Of a stretch of DNA of 64,000 nucleotides, positions 38,061 through 51,772 are shown piece by piece (within the stretch, counting starts at the first letter, position 1; the number at the start of each line of letters is the position of its first letter). The translations under genes were made by a program, and so were the position numbers. Location of the stretch: NCBI RefSeq assembly GCF_001194135.2, contig NC_068986.1, positions 66,379,504 to 66,443,503 on the forward strand, given 5' to 3'. Origin of the DNA: Octopus bimaculoides (taxonomy: Eukaryota). The notes below the pieces were generated by a model. That model was not told the DNA's origin. It was given only the letters and a program-made list of their open reading frames with translations, and searched no databases.

Positions 38061-41000
38061 GCTTCAATATGATGGGGCGACAAGACGGTCAGGCGATAAG
38101 ATAAGATGGAGGCAATATAAGCGTTCGGCACCTCTGATCGACCTTGCAGGGATAAATTCCTCTCAAACCGTTTCTAGGTGAAAGTGTTTACCATCTCGTA
38201 ATTTCGCACCAATTCTCAAGCAGCCTTATCAGTCCGTCAGCCCCAGTACCCCATGACGCTATCCAGCGGCTGGACTGGCATCCCGGTGCGGCAAGCTGCA
38301 AAACTGATTTGTCTGGGTTAACTTTTGCTCCTGTCACCTTAATAATTGTTTTTAGCATAGGCACAACTTATTAACACTTCCCAACAGACAGAAGATCATA
38401 CAATTTATGGCGAGAAATAATCGATTAAACGAACTTCTCTACTTGACTTGTACTTATTTTACCGAGCCCGAAAGAATAAAAACCAAAAACGATAGAGGCG
38501 AGATTTTAACTCAGTAACGAAATATTGCCTGTCATCTAATGCTTCATCCCAGATTATTATTATTATTGGACAATCAGCGCCCTGCTTAATAAGCGGATTA
38601 CAAAATTCATCAGTTTGCTTCGAGATAATCATGGAAATGAATTTTATGCATAGTCTACAGAAGAGCTCATTAAAAAAGAAAAAAAAAACGAGACGAAAGG
38701 AAAAAATTAAATGTGGATTACATGTAGCATCGAATAGTCGGCAATTTTCAACAAAGAATAATTTAAACGCTATATTATATCTATTTTTTACGAAACTGTG
38801 GGTAGAATGAACTATCACAACGGACTGAGATGGAAGAAATCCCAAATGATATCAATAGCTGAATCTTTTCACAAGTTTAAATTACATACGTATGAAAACA
38901 ATGATCAAATTCAGAATATCCTAATATAAACAAAAGAATGTTTTTCATTTTCTAGTCACATTTTCATGTTCAATTTTGTCTAGGGATATAAACTGCTCAG
39001 TTAACCCCAACTACATAAATATATAGAAACATGTCCCTTTCTATGACTCAATAAACAGTAAGTTTAATAACCAGAGCAAAACCATCCCTCACAACCTATT
39101 CACTACATAGTCTTTCAAATAAAAATGTTCCCCTCCCCCTACTTGTAACTATGGCAACTAAGTACTATGACTTGAGTTGAAAACAGTTTTATTCTAAAAC
39201 TATAATTTCGATATAATTATCAACGACTAAAAGCTGTTTTAGCTATATGTATCCATACGAGATACGAAGTATTATTTCTTTGTGTTTACGTATGAAATAT
39301 TATTTACCGCCATTAGGGATCAAACGTCTGAAACCGCAACAAGTTTCTTGAAAATAAAAAAAAATAACGTGAGAAAGCTGAATGTTTTCTCGATTACATT
39401 GGTTTCTGATTCATAAGGCTATTTTATCAACATATGAACAATCATTTTTCGTTTACCTCGGGACAGAAAATTCTTTTAACTGCAAATCACACCTCAGCAT
39501 ATTTGAACCGGTGTAGCTTAATAGCAGTTTTTTTTCTTCTTCATAGCTATAGAACAATTTAATCTAGAAAAACACTCCTCGTCAATATATGTAATCACAC
39601 AACAGTATGACAATTGTTATTTAACCAAAAGTGAACTTCGACTAAGCTGGAATGCAACCGATTCCTTTTGGAGATATTGAAGTCTAGCTACATTACCTAA
39701 CAGGTTTCATTCTGGTTTAAACGGTATTTCGAAGCAAATTTGCAACTACTTCTAGCTAGTCAATCGACTAGCTAGAGGCCCCCTCCAAAATAATATAATA
39801 TCAAGGCACAGAAGTTGTTATTCTGTATCTGACAGTATTCTACTAAAGATAGTACAGTGTCGAGTCTTAATAAGCGTAAAAACTAATCACATGTTAACAG
39901 TAGAATTACAGTTAAAAATGTGAGAAAAGAATTTTGAAAAAGTCTGAAAAATCTACAAACGAACATTGTTTATAAGATCCTAAAAACATTTAACACCAAC
40001 GGAAATTCATTTGAATGACACGAGTTAAAAGCTCCGGTTACGGAATCAAAATCTCAATTATTAGAAAGTGAAATCAAGAAATCAAATTCAGACCAAGTGA
40101 ACTAAATATGTAAGAGTGTATATGTATCATAATGGCTTTAACCTCATGTTGGGGGAGGTTAAACAGAGCTAAACTACATGGACAAAGCAAACGGTGTTCA
40201 ATAATTTGAGTAATGCCAAAGATTTATCAGCGGTCCAAAGTGGACACTTAAACCGCTACAAAAAAGATAATTAACAATCAAGATATGTTACTGGTGAAAT
40301 TTCATAGATAATCGAATGAATAACGAACGAGTTAAATATTTCACACATTTCCATCTGTCAACGAAAACTGTTTTTCAATATGAACCAATATATATTAAAT
40401 ACACACATCGCAATTAATTTTCAACGAAAATACTAAAGAGATTTAGCGTTAAAGTACAATTTAGTTAATTAGGCAACCCATCTTTATTTGCTGTATGAAA
40501 CAGCTTTCACAGAATTGTGTGTGAGAGAGAGAAAATGATGTAGCTTTCTTGAAATCGTAGGTTCTGCTATTTCTGAGTCTTTAAAAATTGACAAAATATT
40601 TATATTATTAAAAACAGGTTTCAATAAAGAGAAAAAAGTGGCAAAACATAATTTTCTTACAGATTTTTGTCAATTTTCGTACAGGATATATTCCAATAAT
40701 AAGAAATATATGGCCAATTTTATACAGAAAGGGGAGGGTGTATCGTCAACTAAATCGACATTAGTATATTACCGGTACTTAATTCTTAGAAGGAAATATG
40801 AAGTTCAACTAGAGTTAAATTGAACTCGACATCTGAGAAATATAAAATATGTGGCACATTACAATAAAAATATGACTCATATGAAACAATTCATCTAATT
40901 CCGGTACATTAATTTTTCCAGAAATAAAAATTGTCAAACCTCCCTTCTCAAATTAACCGGAAACTGTTCCTTGGGTGCTGGAACATTTCTTAGAAAGAAG

Positions 41001-41598
41001 CTTTTATCCAATATTTTTTCCCTTACATTAATTCTTATAGGTCAGTTTTTCCTTTTTTTAACCTCAAGTCAACTTTGAGCAGATTCTGATTAAAGGTGTA
41101 CTAATCGTCATTTTGACTGAGCAGATTTTGGTCAAAAAGTATACGAATAACATCCGCCAGTAAGGGGTATGTTATCCTTTAAGACGACAGGATGTCATTA
41201 GAAATAAAATTAGCTAATTCTAGCAGGTCAAAAATAAGAGAGATTCAGTGAGTTGTTCTTTCATTTTGTTATTTACATAATCTCACGCACTGATCAACTA
41301 AAGACAAGGAAGCAAAAATACAAAACACTATGAAACTTTAAATATGCGTATATACAGAAATAGTCTATCAATGAAGTTGCCCACACACCCGTTCCAGTAT
41401 TGTACATTATATACCTATGAATATATACAACAGTGTGTATAAAACACAATGACGTCGTGAAACTTTAAACATTATAAATTGTCATTTTCTTGCTTTAATA
41501 TTCTACAGTACATACGCATTTTATGCGTGCAAACATGTGTACACGTTATTTACACATACATAAAGGAGCGGCAAGTATACGTAAAAACATATATATAT

Positions 41599-41668
41599 AT
41601 ATATAAATTTAGTAAATGGAGTAAAACGCATATGTTAACTGAATACTCCATTTACTAAATTTATATAT
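41599..41668. repeat. 70-nt hairpin: perfect 25-bp stem, 20-nt loop
   Basis: ATATATAAATTTAGTAAATGGAGTA (41599-41623) pairs with TACTCCATTTACTAAATTTATATAT (41644-41668). Confidence 0.9.
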
Positions 41669-41819
41669 TTACTCAAGTACCCAAAATAACAAGGGGTTTC
41701 TACCTCATAAACAGGAGTTACACCACAGTCATTTTGTGATCTTTGCTACCCTGGTATTTATTAACCAATTTATTTTGTCCGAGTTAATTATTAACTAAGA
41801 GAAAATAAATACATATAAT

Positions 41820-41864
<45 letters not shown>

Positions 41865-42469
41865 GCGCGTGCGTTACGGTTGATCTAAACATTTAATAAT
41901 TAATCGGTGTAAGCATTTAGAACGATTTACAAAGCATTATACACCGGTAGCTTTGTCGTTAAATTTGTCAAATAATTTCTATTCGAACGGGAGTGAAAGA
42001 TAGAAAAAGAGAAAGAGTTACTAAACGATGTTCTCGACAATACGACGAGAACAAAGATGGCAATACAGCCAGCCGTCTTCACATCACTTTCCCGGCATCT
42101 GCATTCGAGCATTTCACATTATAAAACTTGAATAATGCAGTAAAACTTAAAATATACGATTCAGAAACTTTTCAAAAATGTTATGAAGGATTTTTTTTTT
42201 TTGGTATTTAACGATGTATGTAGAGAAAGAGAGAGGGGGGGATAAGCTAGATTCTTCTGGAGAACATTTTAAAAAATAACAAACAATAAAACGACCCCTG
42301 CCTTATGACATGTCCATTGGTAAAAAAAATTAAGTCACAATATAATATATAAGTTAAGTGGGTCCTACGAGTGATTAATAATAATTATTAGAGGCTCTCA
42401 ATAAAAATGACCTCATTGTTACTGTTTCAAGGAGTAAATAATAATAGAGTTGCCACTTGTATCGCTTAC

Positions 42470-42499
42470 CTTGATAATTCTTCTTGGTAGACCAGCCAT
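42470..42499 (-). CDS. UBE2N: UBE2N coding exon 1 (MAGLPRRIIK)
   Basis: Reverse complement reads ATGGCTGGTCTACCAAGAAGAATTATCAAG followed by donor GTAAG; this is the conserved Ubc13 N-terminus. Confidence 0.96.
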
Positions 42500-42591
42500 T
42501 GATCAGAAATAATGTAAAAAAAGGGGGATAAAAGGCCTCGTCTTTCTAATATCAGTTTGTCTGACTCTCTCTCCAAGCACCTTACTACTTT

Positions 42592-42601
42592 AAGATGGCG
42601 C
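42592..42601. promoter_or_regulatory. YY1-type motif (AAGATGGCGC) in the UBE2N 5' UTR/promoter region
   Basis: Matches the AAGATGGCG YY1 core about 95 bp upstream of the ATG, in a CpG-retaining region typical of housekeeping promoters. Confidence 0.5.
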
Positions 42602-44403
42602 ACAGCCAGCATACAGAGCTAGCAACACCTCAAAAAAAAAAAAAAACTTCATTCTATTTTTATATATTTAAATATATATCTATATCTATTTCTCTATATT
42701 TCAATTTATTCACAATCCGCTTAGTTGCGTATTTGTTATTGGTCATTTTTTTTTTTTTTTTTTTTTTTAGAATATTCTTCCCCCCCTATTCCCGCCCTAA
42801 ACAGTGCGTTCCATTCCGATCCGAAATCAAAAATATGTCCGGTTTCGTAGACTCTTAACATAAGAGTGATGGCCGAAGGAGGTGAAGAAGTGGAAGGAAA
42901 AAACACTGCCTACATGCATATGAGGAAATGAACCTCTTACGTTATCGATCGACCTGCTAAAAATAACAGCTAAATTTCCCTGAATCCACATCATACCATC
43001 TTAAAGCATACATGATGTATGTAGCCCTGGATATAGTATGTGAATATAAGATGTGGTAGCCATGATTGGAACCCTTTGGTCACAGGTTTGTTTCTGTTTC
43101 ATTAGAGCTGCCCTGGGGCAAAATAATAACATATACATGCCTTTTCAGACAAGGTACGCTCGCCTTGCTAGAAATATCAGCCGATTCTCCCTAAATCACA
43201 CTCAAACTTCTTTTAATACAGAAGGACAGGTTGCATAGTTGTCCCTAATGTACAAAATACGGGATGTTCAAAGCTGGAACGCTTTTGCTCAGAGGTTCGT
43301 TGGATCAGGACGAACCTTTGACTATAGAACGTCTTCGTTTTTTTTTTGTTTTTCATTATTGAAAGCTAAATAGAAATAAATAATATCAAAACTTTTAAAT
43401 ATATTGAAAACATTTTTTTAATAAGCTTTTATTTAAGAGATAGAAGAGTGCAAGATTTGACTATCAAATAGTTTTGATAAAGTGTTTGTCGTTTAACCCT
43501 AGGTCATCATTAACTCAGGAGACCAAGGCATAGCAGTTGTAACAAATGTTATATACACGCACACACACACACATATATATGTGTGTGTATGTATCGAGGG
43601 CGATTTGGACGCTGTTTCAAATAGATCGAGCGACTTACACAGATCCCTTGCTAACTTGCCGAAGAGTCTCTCTTTCTTTCTCTCTCTCTCTCTCTCTCTC
43701 TGTGAGGGAACGACTAACGTGTTAAACAGAGTAGAACAAAAACAAAATCTTAGCGAACCGCGCCTGCAGACCGGTTTCAATACACGTGAACATACTTTGT
43801 AGAACGTATGAATATTGAATCTCAGCCTCCTTTCGTATAAATTATATAGATATTAGGCAATGAGCGCAAGAAGACGACAATACAGGATGGACACGTTTGA
43901 ACAAATGTTGTATTTAATACTTAAAAAGAAAGGAAAGATATGTATATGTGTGTGTGTGAGTAATCGTCCGAAGATCAGCAGAGTATCGATTGAAGTTTCA
44001 ATTTGCAATAATTTATATCATTATTTTCAGTTTTCGTTTCCTTGTTTACACATGCACACCCACATAATACATATATACTAATGTGTGTGTGTCTCTCTCT
44101 CTATATATATATATATATACATGCACACACACACATGGAGTGAGAGGTTTATCTTTTTCTCGGATGGGAAGCTAATTCCAGGAAATTGACTGCTATTTTT
44201 AGAAGATAAGCGACCGCGCCAGGCTCCCAACGTTAGCTCGTGTAATCCTATTGTTTTTTTTCTTTTGGTCCTTTATACTTCCATTGAGATAGTTTTAATT
44301 CTTCTATATTAAATCAATTGTTTGACAGATACTTTATTTTATTACCCCTGGAAAGATTAAAAGCAAAGTTGACCTCGGCGGGATTTGAACTCAGAATTTA
44401 ATA

Positions 44404-44434
<31 letters not shown>

Positions 44435-47400
44435 GTACACACACACACACACAGCTTTATGATATTTTGCTTAAGATGGGAAGTGGCGATAGCAAACATA
44501 AATACCCGAATTCAGTGTATTACTTCTCATTCAACATTGAAAATTCATGTTAAATGCATTTTCATGTAAAATGCTGCGCATATGAAGATCAGTGATACTT
44601 CAACTGCGCTTTATATGTATATGTGCGTGCATGTGTGTACGTAGATGCGCGATGCAGGATAGGAAGTGTTTATTCTATTGCACGTGGTTTTATTAAAATG
44701 TTTGCATCTACTGGCAGTTTCTGCTAACATTTTATTTATTCGATTATTTTCTTGTTAAACTAAAATAAATTTATCCTATCCTATTTCAACTTACTGAGAT
44801 GTATGAGTGAGTGTGTGTGTGTGTACACACATATTTTATTATTTCGCTTAGGCATAGAGGTGCTAATAACCTGGTGGTAGAATTCAATATACATATGCTT
44901 CCGAACAAACCGTCAGTCGAGTACAGAAGAGTAACAAGAAATCAAAATGACAAGGGAATAAATATTGTGAACTTCATTAGCTCACAGTTGTTTCTGCTAC
45001 ATGGTGCAATGCACTCATAGTCAAGTGTTTGTGTGTCACCCTATAACTTCATCGGAGTTTCAAAGATAAGTGCAATTATATTTGGAAAAGCATTTACATT
45101 TATATATATATTTACACAAGCACTCAACATTGTGCCTTATAGCATAAATAGTTATAAGCTAATGAAGTTCATGTCATTATTTCTTATTCCCTTGTCATTT
45201 TAATTTCTTATACATATAAATATATATATTCATACGTGCGTATATATACAGTGGCGTATTAGTGTATATTTGTCTCAACTATTTTAAACGTTTCTTTGAT
45301 GTAGCAGAGTGTTTAAGCTGCTCTTGCCTATAATTAAAATAAGCAATATAAGAATTACATCACTATATTCTCCCAAAGATTAGGGTAAAAGTTCATTACA
45401 ATTCACTTTTAATGCGTTAAACAAAAGTAACCTATATAGTTGTTATGTATTACATTATCTGTATTGACCAGGCCTAGCCATTATCATCCCATCTTTTATA
45501 TTTGCTTCTTCATCCCAGTTACACTACGTCCAAGATTATCCAGTATTCCCCATTTTACTAAGATGGTAGGGTTTGAACTCAGAACGTTAAGGGTCATAAA
45601 TGCTGCGAGTAATTTTTTTCCGACACTAGCAATTGTACCTATTCAAATATTTTGTAGGGTAGGGTATTTGCTTTACTTTTGCTTACTGAAATCAATGTTT
45701 GACGTTATCGCAACTTTAACAGGGCACTTTTATGAACCGTGATAGTAAAACCTAGCAAATGGAATGTAGCTTGTTTTTGTTATTTTTGTTTCTTTAACTT
45801 AAACTTTAAATTTAATAATTTCATCTATATTAATATGTCATTATTTTATATTTTAATTTATACGAAAGAAAAAAAAATTATGTAACAAATGTAGAACGTT
45901 TAAATAATTTCATATTTTGTTTCACTTTTGTTTACTTTTTTACATTAATCATTGACGGGTCAAAATGAGCAAATAAAATTTACTTCTTACCCACGAGCTC
46001 AAAACATGTTTTAATAGGAGCATATAAGCCTTATTTATCCCTTATGTACTACTGGTATTTATTTTATCAACCCTCTGAAAAATAAAAGACAAAGTCAATC
46101 CCATCGTGATTTGAACCCAGATATTGAACTAGATACTATAAAACATAACACAGTTCCGTGTTTTATTATCTAAACTAACTCAATTTTGGTTTTCTAGAAA
46201 ATTCGTAATGACATAAATCTGATCAAATGACATCTGCAATGTGATCGAAAACGTTAGGCTGAGATGTCACTTGGTGTCAAATGACATGAAGCCGAGTTGC
46301 GATAGCAATCACTCAAACATTTGAAGGGGTGTATTTGCAGAGAGAATGGAAGAAGAGTTGAGGAATCAGATACTAATAGTCACCCTAAACTCTCATTGTT
46401 CCCGGGTATTCATTTACATTATTAAGGAATTGATCCATCCAGTGATGAACTAAAAACATTACGAGTTACATTTATTTATATGATTTATCAACTTGTTTGT
46501 TTTGTTTTTATTTCCTGTTTCCCGCTAACTCTAGTGTCTTTTCTTCTATTCTGCCTGCTGATGTTTCTTGTTTGCCTTCACCTGACAGTTTTAACTCTCT
46601 CTCTCTCTATCTCTCTCTCTCTTTCCACTATTATGATTGCTTGCTTCGCCCCCTTGGGGACGTTAGCAGGTTATTAACACTGGGCGGTAAATGTCAAACG
46701 GGAGCTCAGGGGTGTCGGGTGTTCAGAGGAGTTTTGTTAGAAATAAAGTATTTAAACCAAATACTAAGTTAGATACATTAACAAAAAAAAAAACTTTATC
46801 AGAATTAAAATATGAACAGGACATGCTATCAGTGAGGAAAAACATGATTGATGTACTAAAATCTGATATAATTTCATTATATAACTATTCGCCTTCAGTA
46901 ATTTCCGTACAAATTTAACATAGGAGGCACAAGTCCTTTCAAATACCTTGATAAGATAGTATCAGAAAATATAGAAAAACATGAGAGGAAGCGTTTGTAA
47001 AACTTCATTCTGTGAAAGATGTTGAGTTGCCAAAACTACTGATATAGATCAATGCTTAACTCTGGTTTTTCTGGTTTCTGAACAGTGAGCAGCTGATAGG
47101 CAGCCTGTTTCTAGTCTGCTTAGAGGGCTGTAATGCTGATTATATACATAACGAAACGAATAAATTAACTTAAACAGAAGACCTTTGAGCTGGTTGTGCA
47201 ATATCCTATCCAGCCTAGCTATGGCACTTAATTATTTTGATTTATAAACGAATGAATGGGTTAGGGGATGTATAATGCAGTCGTTCGATCTGCAAGAAAT
47301 AGTAGCTAGATCGTTAGTAAGAGCCCGTTGCTAAATATAGTCCTAATATATATGTATAGTTGTGTAACATGTTGCTCAATTTTAGAGGTATTCTGAAATT

Positions 47401-48345
47401 ACTAAAATAATATTAGTTATTGAGTTACTACTGACTTTTCTTCTCCGCATAAATGTTTGTTGTATTAAGTTCACTCAACCATAATTATTGTTTTCAGGCT
47501 GATGACGTAGCGGAGTAATTAATCTCAACTGTTTATTTTTTAAGATGCTCATTTTTGTGCTTACTCGTGTATAACATTGTACATTTACTTATTAATTCTT
47601 TCGCCACCACTACTGCAAGCATGGAGGTCCAGTGACAAGACCATTGACGTCAAGGATCAAGTACAGATCAAAGACTGCAGTATTTGATTTCAACTTCATA
47701 CAATGACTCTGGTATTTACAAGATATGTATACTCAGATTCAATCAAAGATAAATTTCTCGTTTGTTCTGCACTTAAAATGATACCAAGGCTTTAGATAGT
47801 TTGGTAAAGATTTCATCTTACATGGAATCAGGAAATCTTTTGTAAGACAATGTCTGTGGATGTTGTCAGTGGTGCAGCTAATACAGGATCAAGGAGAGTG
47901 ACTGCTCACCACTGAACACACTTTTCAAAATTGGCCCCTATTCAACAATCTTTTTAAACTCTAGTTCTCTTGTGCGATAAAAGTCAAATCTTTTTTTTTT
48001 TTGTTTTTTTTGTTAATGGTGTGGCCTTGGAAGAACTTTCTGGAAAACTTTATTTGAACTGTGTTCAATCTCCTGTGATGTGTTGGTGGCTGCTGACATC
48101 TGAAGAACCAACACAAACCCTGACGTCATAAGCTTCCGACATTAAACGATCTGCCAAGTTGTAAGTTTCATACATAATGCCGTTGTTACTGAAACATAAA
48201 ATTAAATGAATGTAGAACACAATTACGTATATTATAATTAACTAAATATTTCGTGTAATATAAGAGAAATTAGTTAAAAATTGTTTGGTATGTGCCGCGG
48301 TGCCTTTTTTTTTTTTTTTCTTGTGCGACCCGGGTTGTGCCACTG

Positions 48346-49674
48346 TGTTGTACAAATGGAGTATCAGCAATGTGGGGAACAAAATCTAAATTTCAAGTTA
48401 GTAGGTAAAAAAACAGCCAAAATGAAAGACAATCATTCAATAACCCATTGTTAGGCCTTAAAAACACTTCAAGCTTCACTTGGAAAGATTTTGGACCATG
48501 CAATTCAAATTGTGAATTTGTCAAAATGAGGAGCCTACTTTATGCAGTTTGTCACTTGCTTCTTTTACATACAAATGTTTGGTGGCTTTCCAAAGGGAAT
48601 GTACCTATTTGAGCTTAGAGATGAACTTAAATTATTTTTTGAATTTCAGGATAAGAAAGAATTTTTGTCTGACTGAATAAGGAAGGATGGATTATGTGCC
48701 TTCCTATCTGGTTGATGTTTTTGAACAACTGAAAAAAAAAAAATTGAAACTTCAAGTGCAAGACATGAATACAGACACTATTAAATTCTTTGAAAGCTTT
48801 CATGAACAAAATGGAAAATGTAATGTTTCAGAAACTGTTACCAATTCTTGTTGCTAGTGGTGAAGATTAAGATCTCCTAAATTTATATATATAACATTGT
48901 GCAGTCTTTGACAGCACTAACAAATTAATTCGGTGATTAGTTGAATTTAATTAAATGTAAAACCCATGTAAGTTCACTTTTTAAAAGTTCTTGATGATTG
49001 CTGATATAAATTTCTAGAGCTGAAGTGTGATTCAGAAGCAATAATTCATGTTCAATAAGAAAATGATCACAAAATTCTTGCTTTTGATGTGTGATTGCTG
49101 TCCAAAATTGACAGAAATAGCTATTTATGCCATACTTCCATTTGTACCAACATTGTTGTGAAATAAGCTTTTCAACTTTGTTGTAAATGAAAATGAAGCA
49201 ATGAAGAAGACTAGGAGTTAAAAGTTTTCTATAATGTCCCTTTCTAGTACTCTTCTATGTATCCAAGAATTTGGTCAATAAAAAAACAATCACAAGAAAA
49301 ACAAAGAAAATAATTACTTTTCTCATTGACCGTAATCTTCATCAGAATAAAATAAATTACAATAGCCTGGCATTCTATCAAACATTTTGTTTATAGAAGT
49401 ATGCTACAGTAACTTCAGTCTTTAAAGTAATTAGTTACGAACATATGTATAACAAAAAAACTATTTTTATTTGAGTTTTAAAATCAACATTTCTATTGCT
49501 ATTAAATTTGTAAAACTCCATTATGAAAATAATCCAAGCAAATGTGTATTTCAGTATTATGTGTATATTATTTGGAATGTAACTTTTGATTCAGAAAATC
49601 TTGGAAAATTAGGAGTGATATTCTGAAATATAGTGAAAAAGATCCATGGAGAAGAAAAAGTTTGAGAAACACTA
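48346..49674 (+). mobile_element. 5'-truncated decayed hAT transposon, Buster/Charlie (ZBED5/FAM200-like) type
   Basis: CTNGVSAM (compare CTDGAPAM), ALKTLQASLGKILDHAIQIVNL, LLLHTNVWWLSKG (compare LLLHTEVRWLSRG), ILPFV...LCEISFST; right end aaaaagtttgagaaacacta. Confidence 0.85.
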
Positions 49675-50137
49675 TTAAAGAGGATAAAAACAAGATTTCA
49701 AAAGAATGACGTTAAATCCAAGATCCTCATAGGAATACCTTCCCTTATAATACCCTATTAAACAATCTGAAGTCCTCCATTCTTGGGAGTTATATAGGGC
49801 CCACTTTTTTTTTAGAGAATTAACTAACTTAGATTATTAAGAACCTCTACCAACACTGTGATGATGATGCTTATTTGAGTCAAAAACATGTTCACATCTG
49901 CCTTACAGCTTGAAAAAAAAAAACAGATTTCCTTTCCCTTTAATGGCATGTGAATTTTGGAGAATTTTTGCTTTGATTACATGAGATTTTCTCCCCTTCT
50001 TTTTCAAAGCAATCTGCAATTCCCACTAGGCAGTTGTTTACTTTCTCTTGAAACAAAGATAATTTCAATAAAAATTTTGCCTTGTATAGCATTTAGTATT
50101 CTTTTCTTTGTCCTTGCCAATGACTTTTCTCTCTATT

Positions 50138-50172
<35 letters not shown>

Positions 50173-51708
50173 TATATGTATGTAAATACACACACACACA
50201 CACAAACACACATATTTATAGTAAATACTAGTGATTAAAATCTAAGCTGTATCGTTATGAAGCACTTCTGTGAATCCCAGTTATCAGTTATATGTATGTA
50301 GATGTTTTATCTTTGAGGAGAAACCTATCCATACAAGTTGAAATTCCTGGTCAAGTATATTAGTTGCAGAGTATGGATATATTAAAGCAAAGACTGGGAT
50401 TTATGGTATTAGATTTAATTCTGTAGTTACAATTATTTCAATGCCATATGGGAAATACATTTTATGAACATAGATATTAATATTTATTTCTTTATTGCCC
50501 ACAAGGAGCTAAACATAGAGTGGACAGACAAAGGGATTAGGTTGATTACACTGACCCCAGTGCGTATCTGGTACTTATTTAATCGACCCCAAAAGATGAA
50601 AGGTAAAGTCGACCTCAGTGAAATTTGAACTCAGAATGGAGCGGCAGATGAAATACCACTAAACATTTCACCTGGCATGCTAACGATTCTGCCAACTCGC
50701 CACCTAACATAGATATTAATATTAATGATATGATCTTCAGATGATGAGCCTCACAGACCCAATGACAAATGACCAAGTTTTTTAGCAATTTGCTGTGCTT
50801 CAGAAGATACATCAAGCTAAGTGAAATCATAGTCGTGGCCAGTGCCGGTGACATGTAAAAGGTACCTAGTACATTCTGTGGAGTGTTTGGCAATAGGAAA
50901 GATATCCAGCCATAGAAACCAAGCCATAACAGACGAGCCTGGTGCAGCTCTCTGGCTTAGCAGCTCCATTCAAACCATCTTACCCATGCTAGCATGGAAA
51001 ATGGACACTAAATGATGATGAATATAAACATAATGGGTTCATAGTGGAGTGTTGAGAAAGGATCTACAGACATTGGGACTCACAGAGGGGATGGCAGGGA
51101 ACTGAGACTGCTGACAGTTTCTTGTACTTGAAAAAATACGTCAAGCTAAGTAAAAGCGTGGTTGCCCTTGCAACCCTCTCCAGCTGAGCATCTCTAATCT
51201 TGTGGGCTCATAGGTTTTGGTGCCACATAGAAAAGCACCCAGGACACTTTGTAAAGTGGTTGGCATTAGGAAGGGCATCCAGCTGTAGAAACCATGCCAA
51301 AACAGACAGGGAGCCTGAACAGCCCTTCAGCTGGTCAGCTCCTGTCAAACTGTCCAACCCATGCCAGCATGAAAAACAAGCATTAAATGGTGGTGATGAG
51401 ACATTATTTAGAACCCATTTGCATTTCATTGGACTGAATTTCAAAAATGTTATGTCACTGTCTCTTTGCTTTGATATCACATGATAGCTATAAATTAATG
51501 CCACTATCTTGCAAGCAGTGTCCTTTGTTCCCAAACTTCCATGAAAACATGTTTGGTTAAGGGGAAATATTACCTTACTGGGAAACAAGTGAGAGCTGCC
51601 AAAAGGAAGTCCATCCAGCAGCAGAAAATCTGCTTCAACAAAATTCCATCTGGCCCATGCAAATATGGAAAAGTAGGTGTAAAAGCAATGAGATGCTGAC
51701 AAAGATTT

Positions 51709-51740
<32 letters not shown>

Positions 51741-51772
51741 TACAAAGAGAGATAGACAGACAGCTATATATA

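Larger units (their letters stand above)
374..42499 (-). other. UBE2N: UBE2N gene, ATG to stop, 5 coding exons; introns of 24032, 11212, 4284 and 2139 bp
   Basis: Manual splicing gives 30+102+145+141+41 = 459 nt = 152 aa + stop. All junctions are GT...AG with matching phases (0,0,1,1). The protein closely matches Ubc13/UBE2N as I know it (MAGLPRRIIKETQRL...[36 protein letters not shown]). Confidence 0.97.

Noticed and set aside
42595-42858. 87-aa plus-strand ORF starting at the YY1 motif
   Set aside because: It runs through poly-A and poly-T tracts and low-complexity promoter DNA and has no protein-like composition.
46691-46918. 75-aa ORF MSNGSSGVSGVQ...
   Set aside because: No recognisable domain or splice context; possibly decayed TE sequence.
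47498-47520. CTGATGA-CGTAGCG-GAGT as a hammerhead, C/D snoRNA box or exon start after ttttcAG
   Set aside because: There is no GAAA, no partner D box with a terminal stem, and an early stop in the frame that would follow the candidate MAEG exon.
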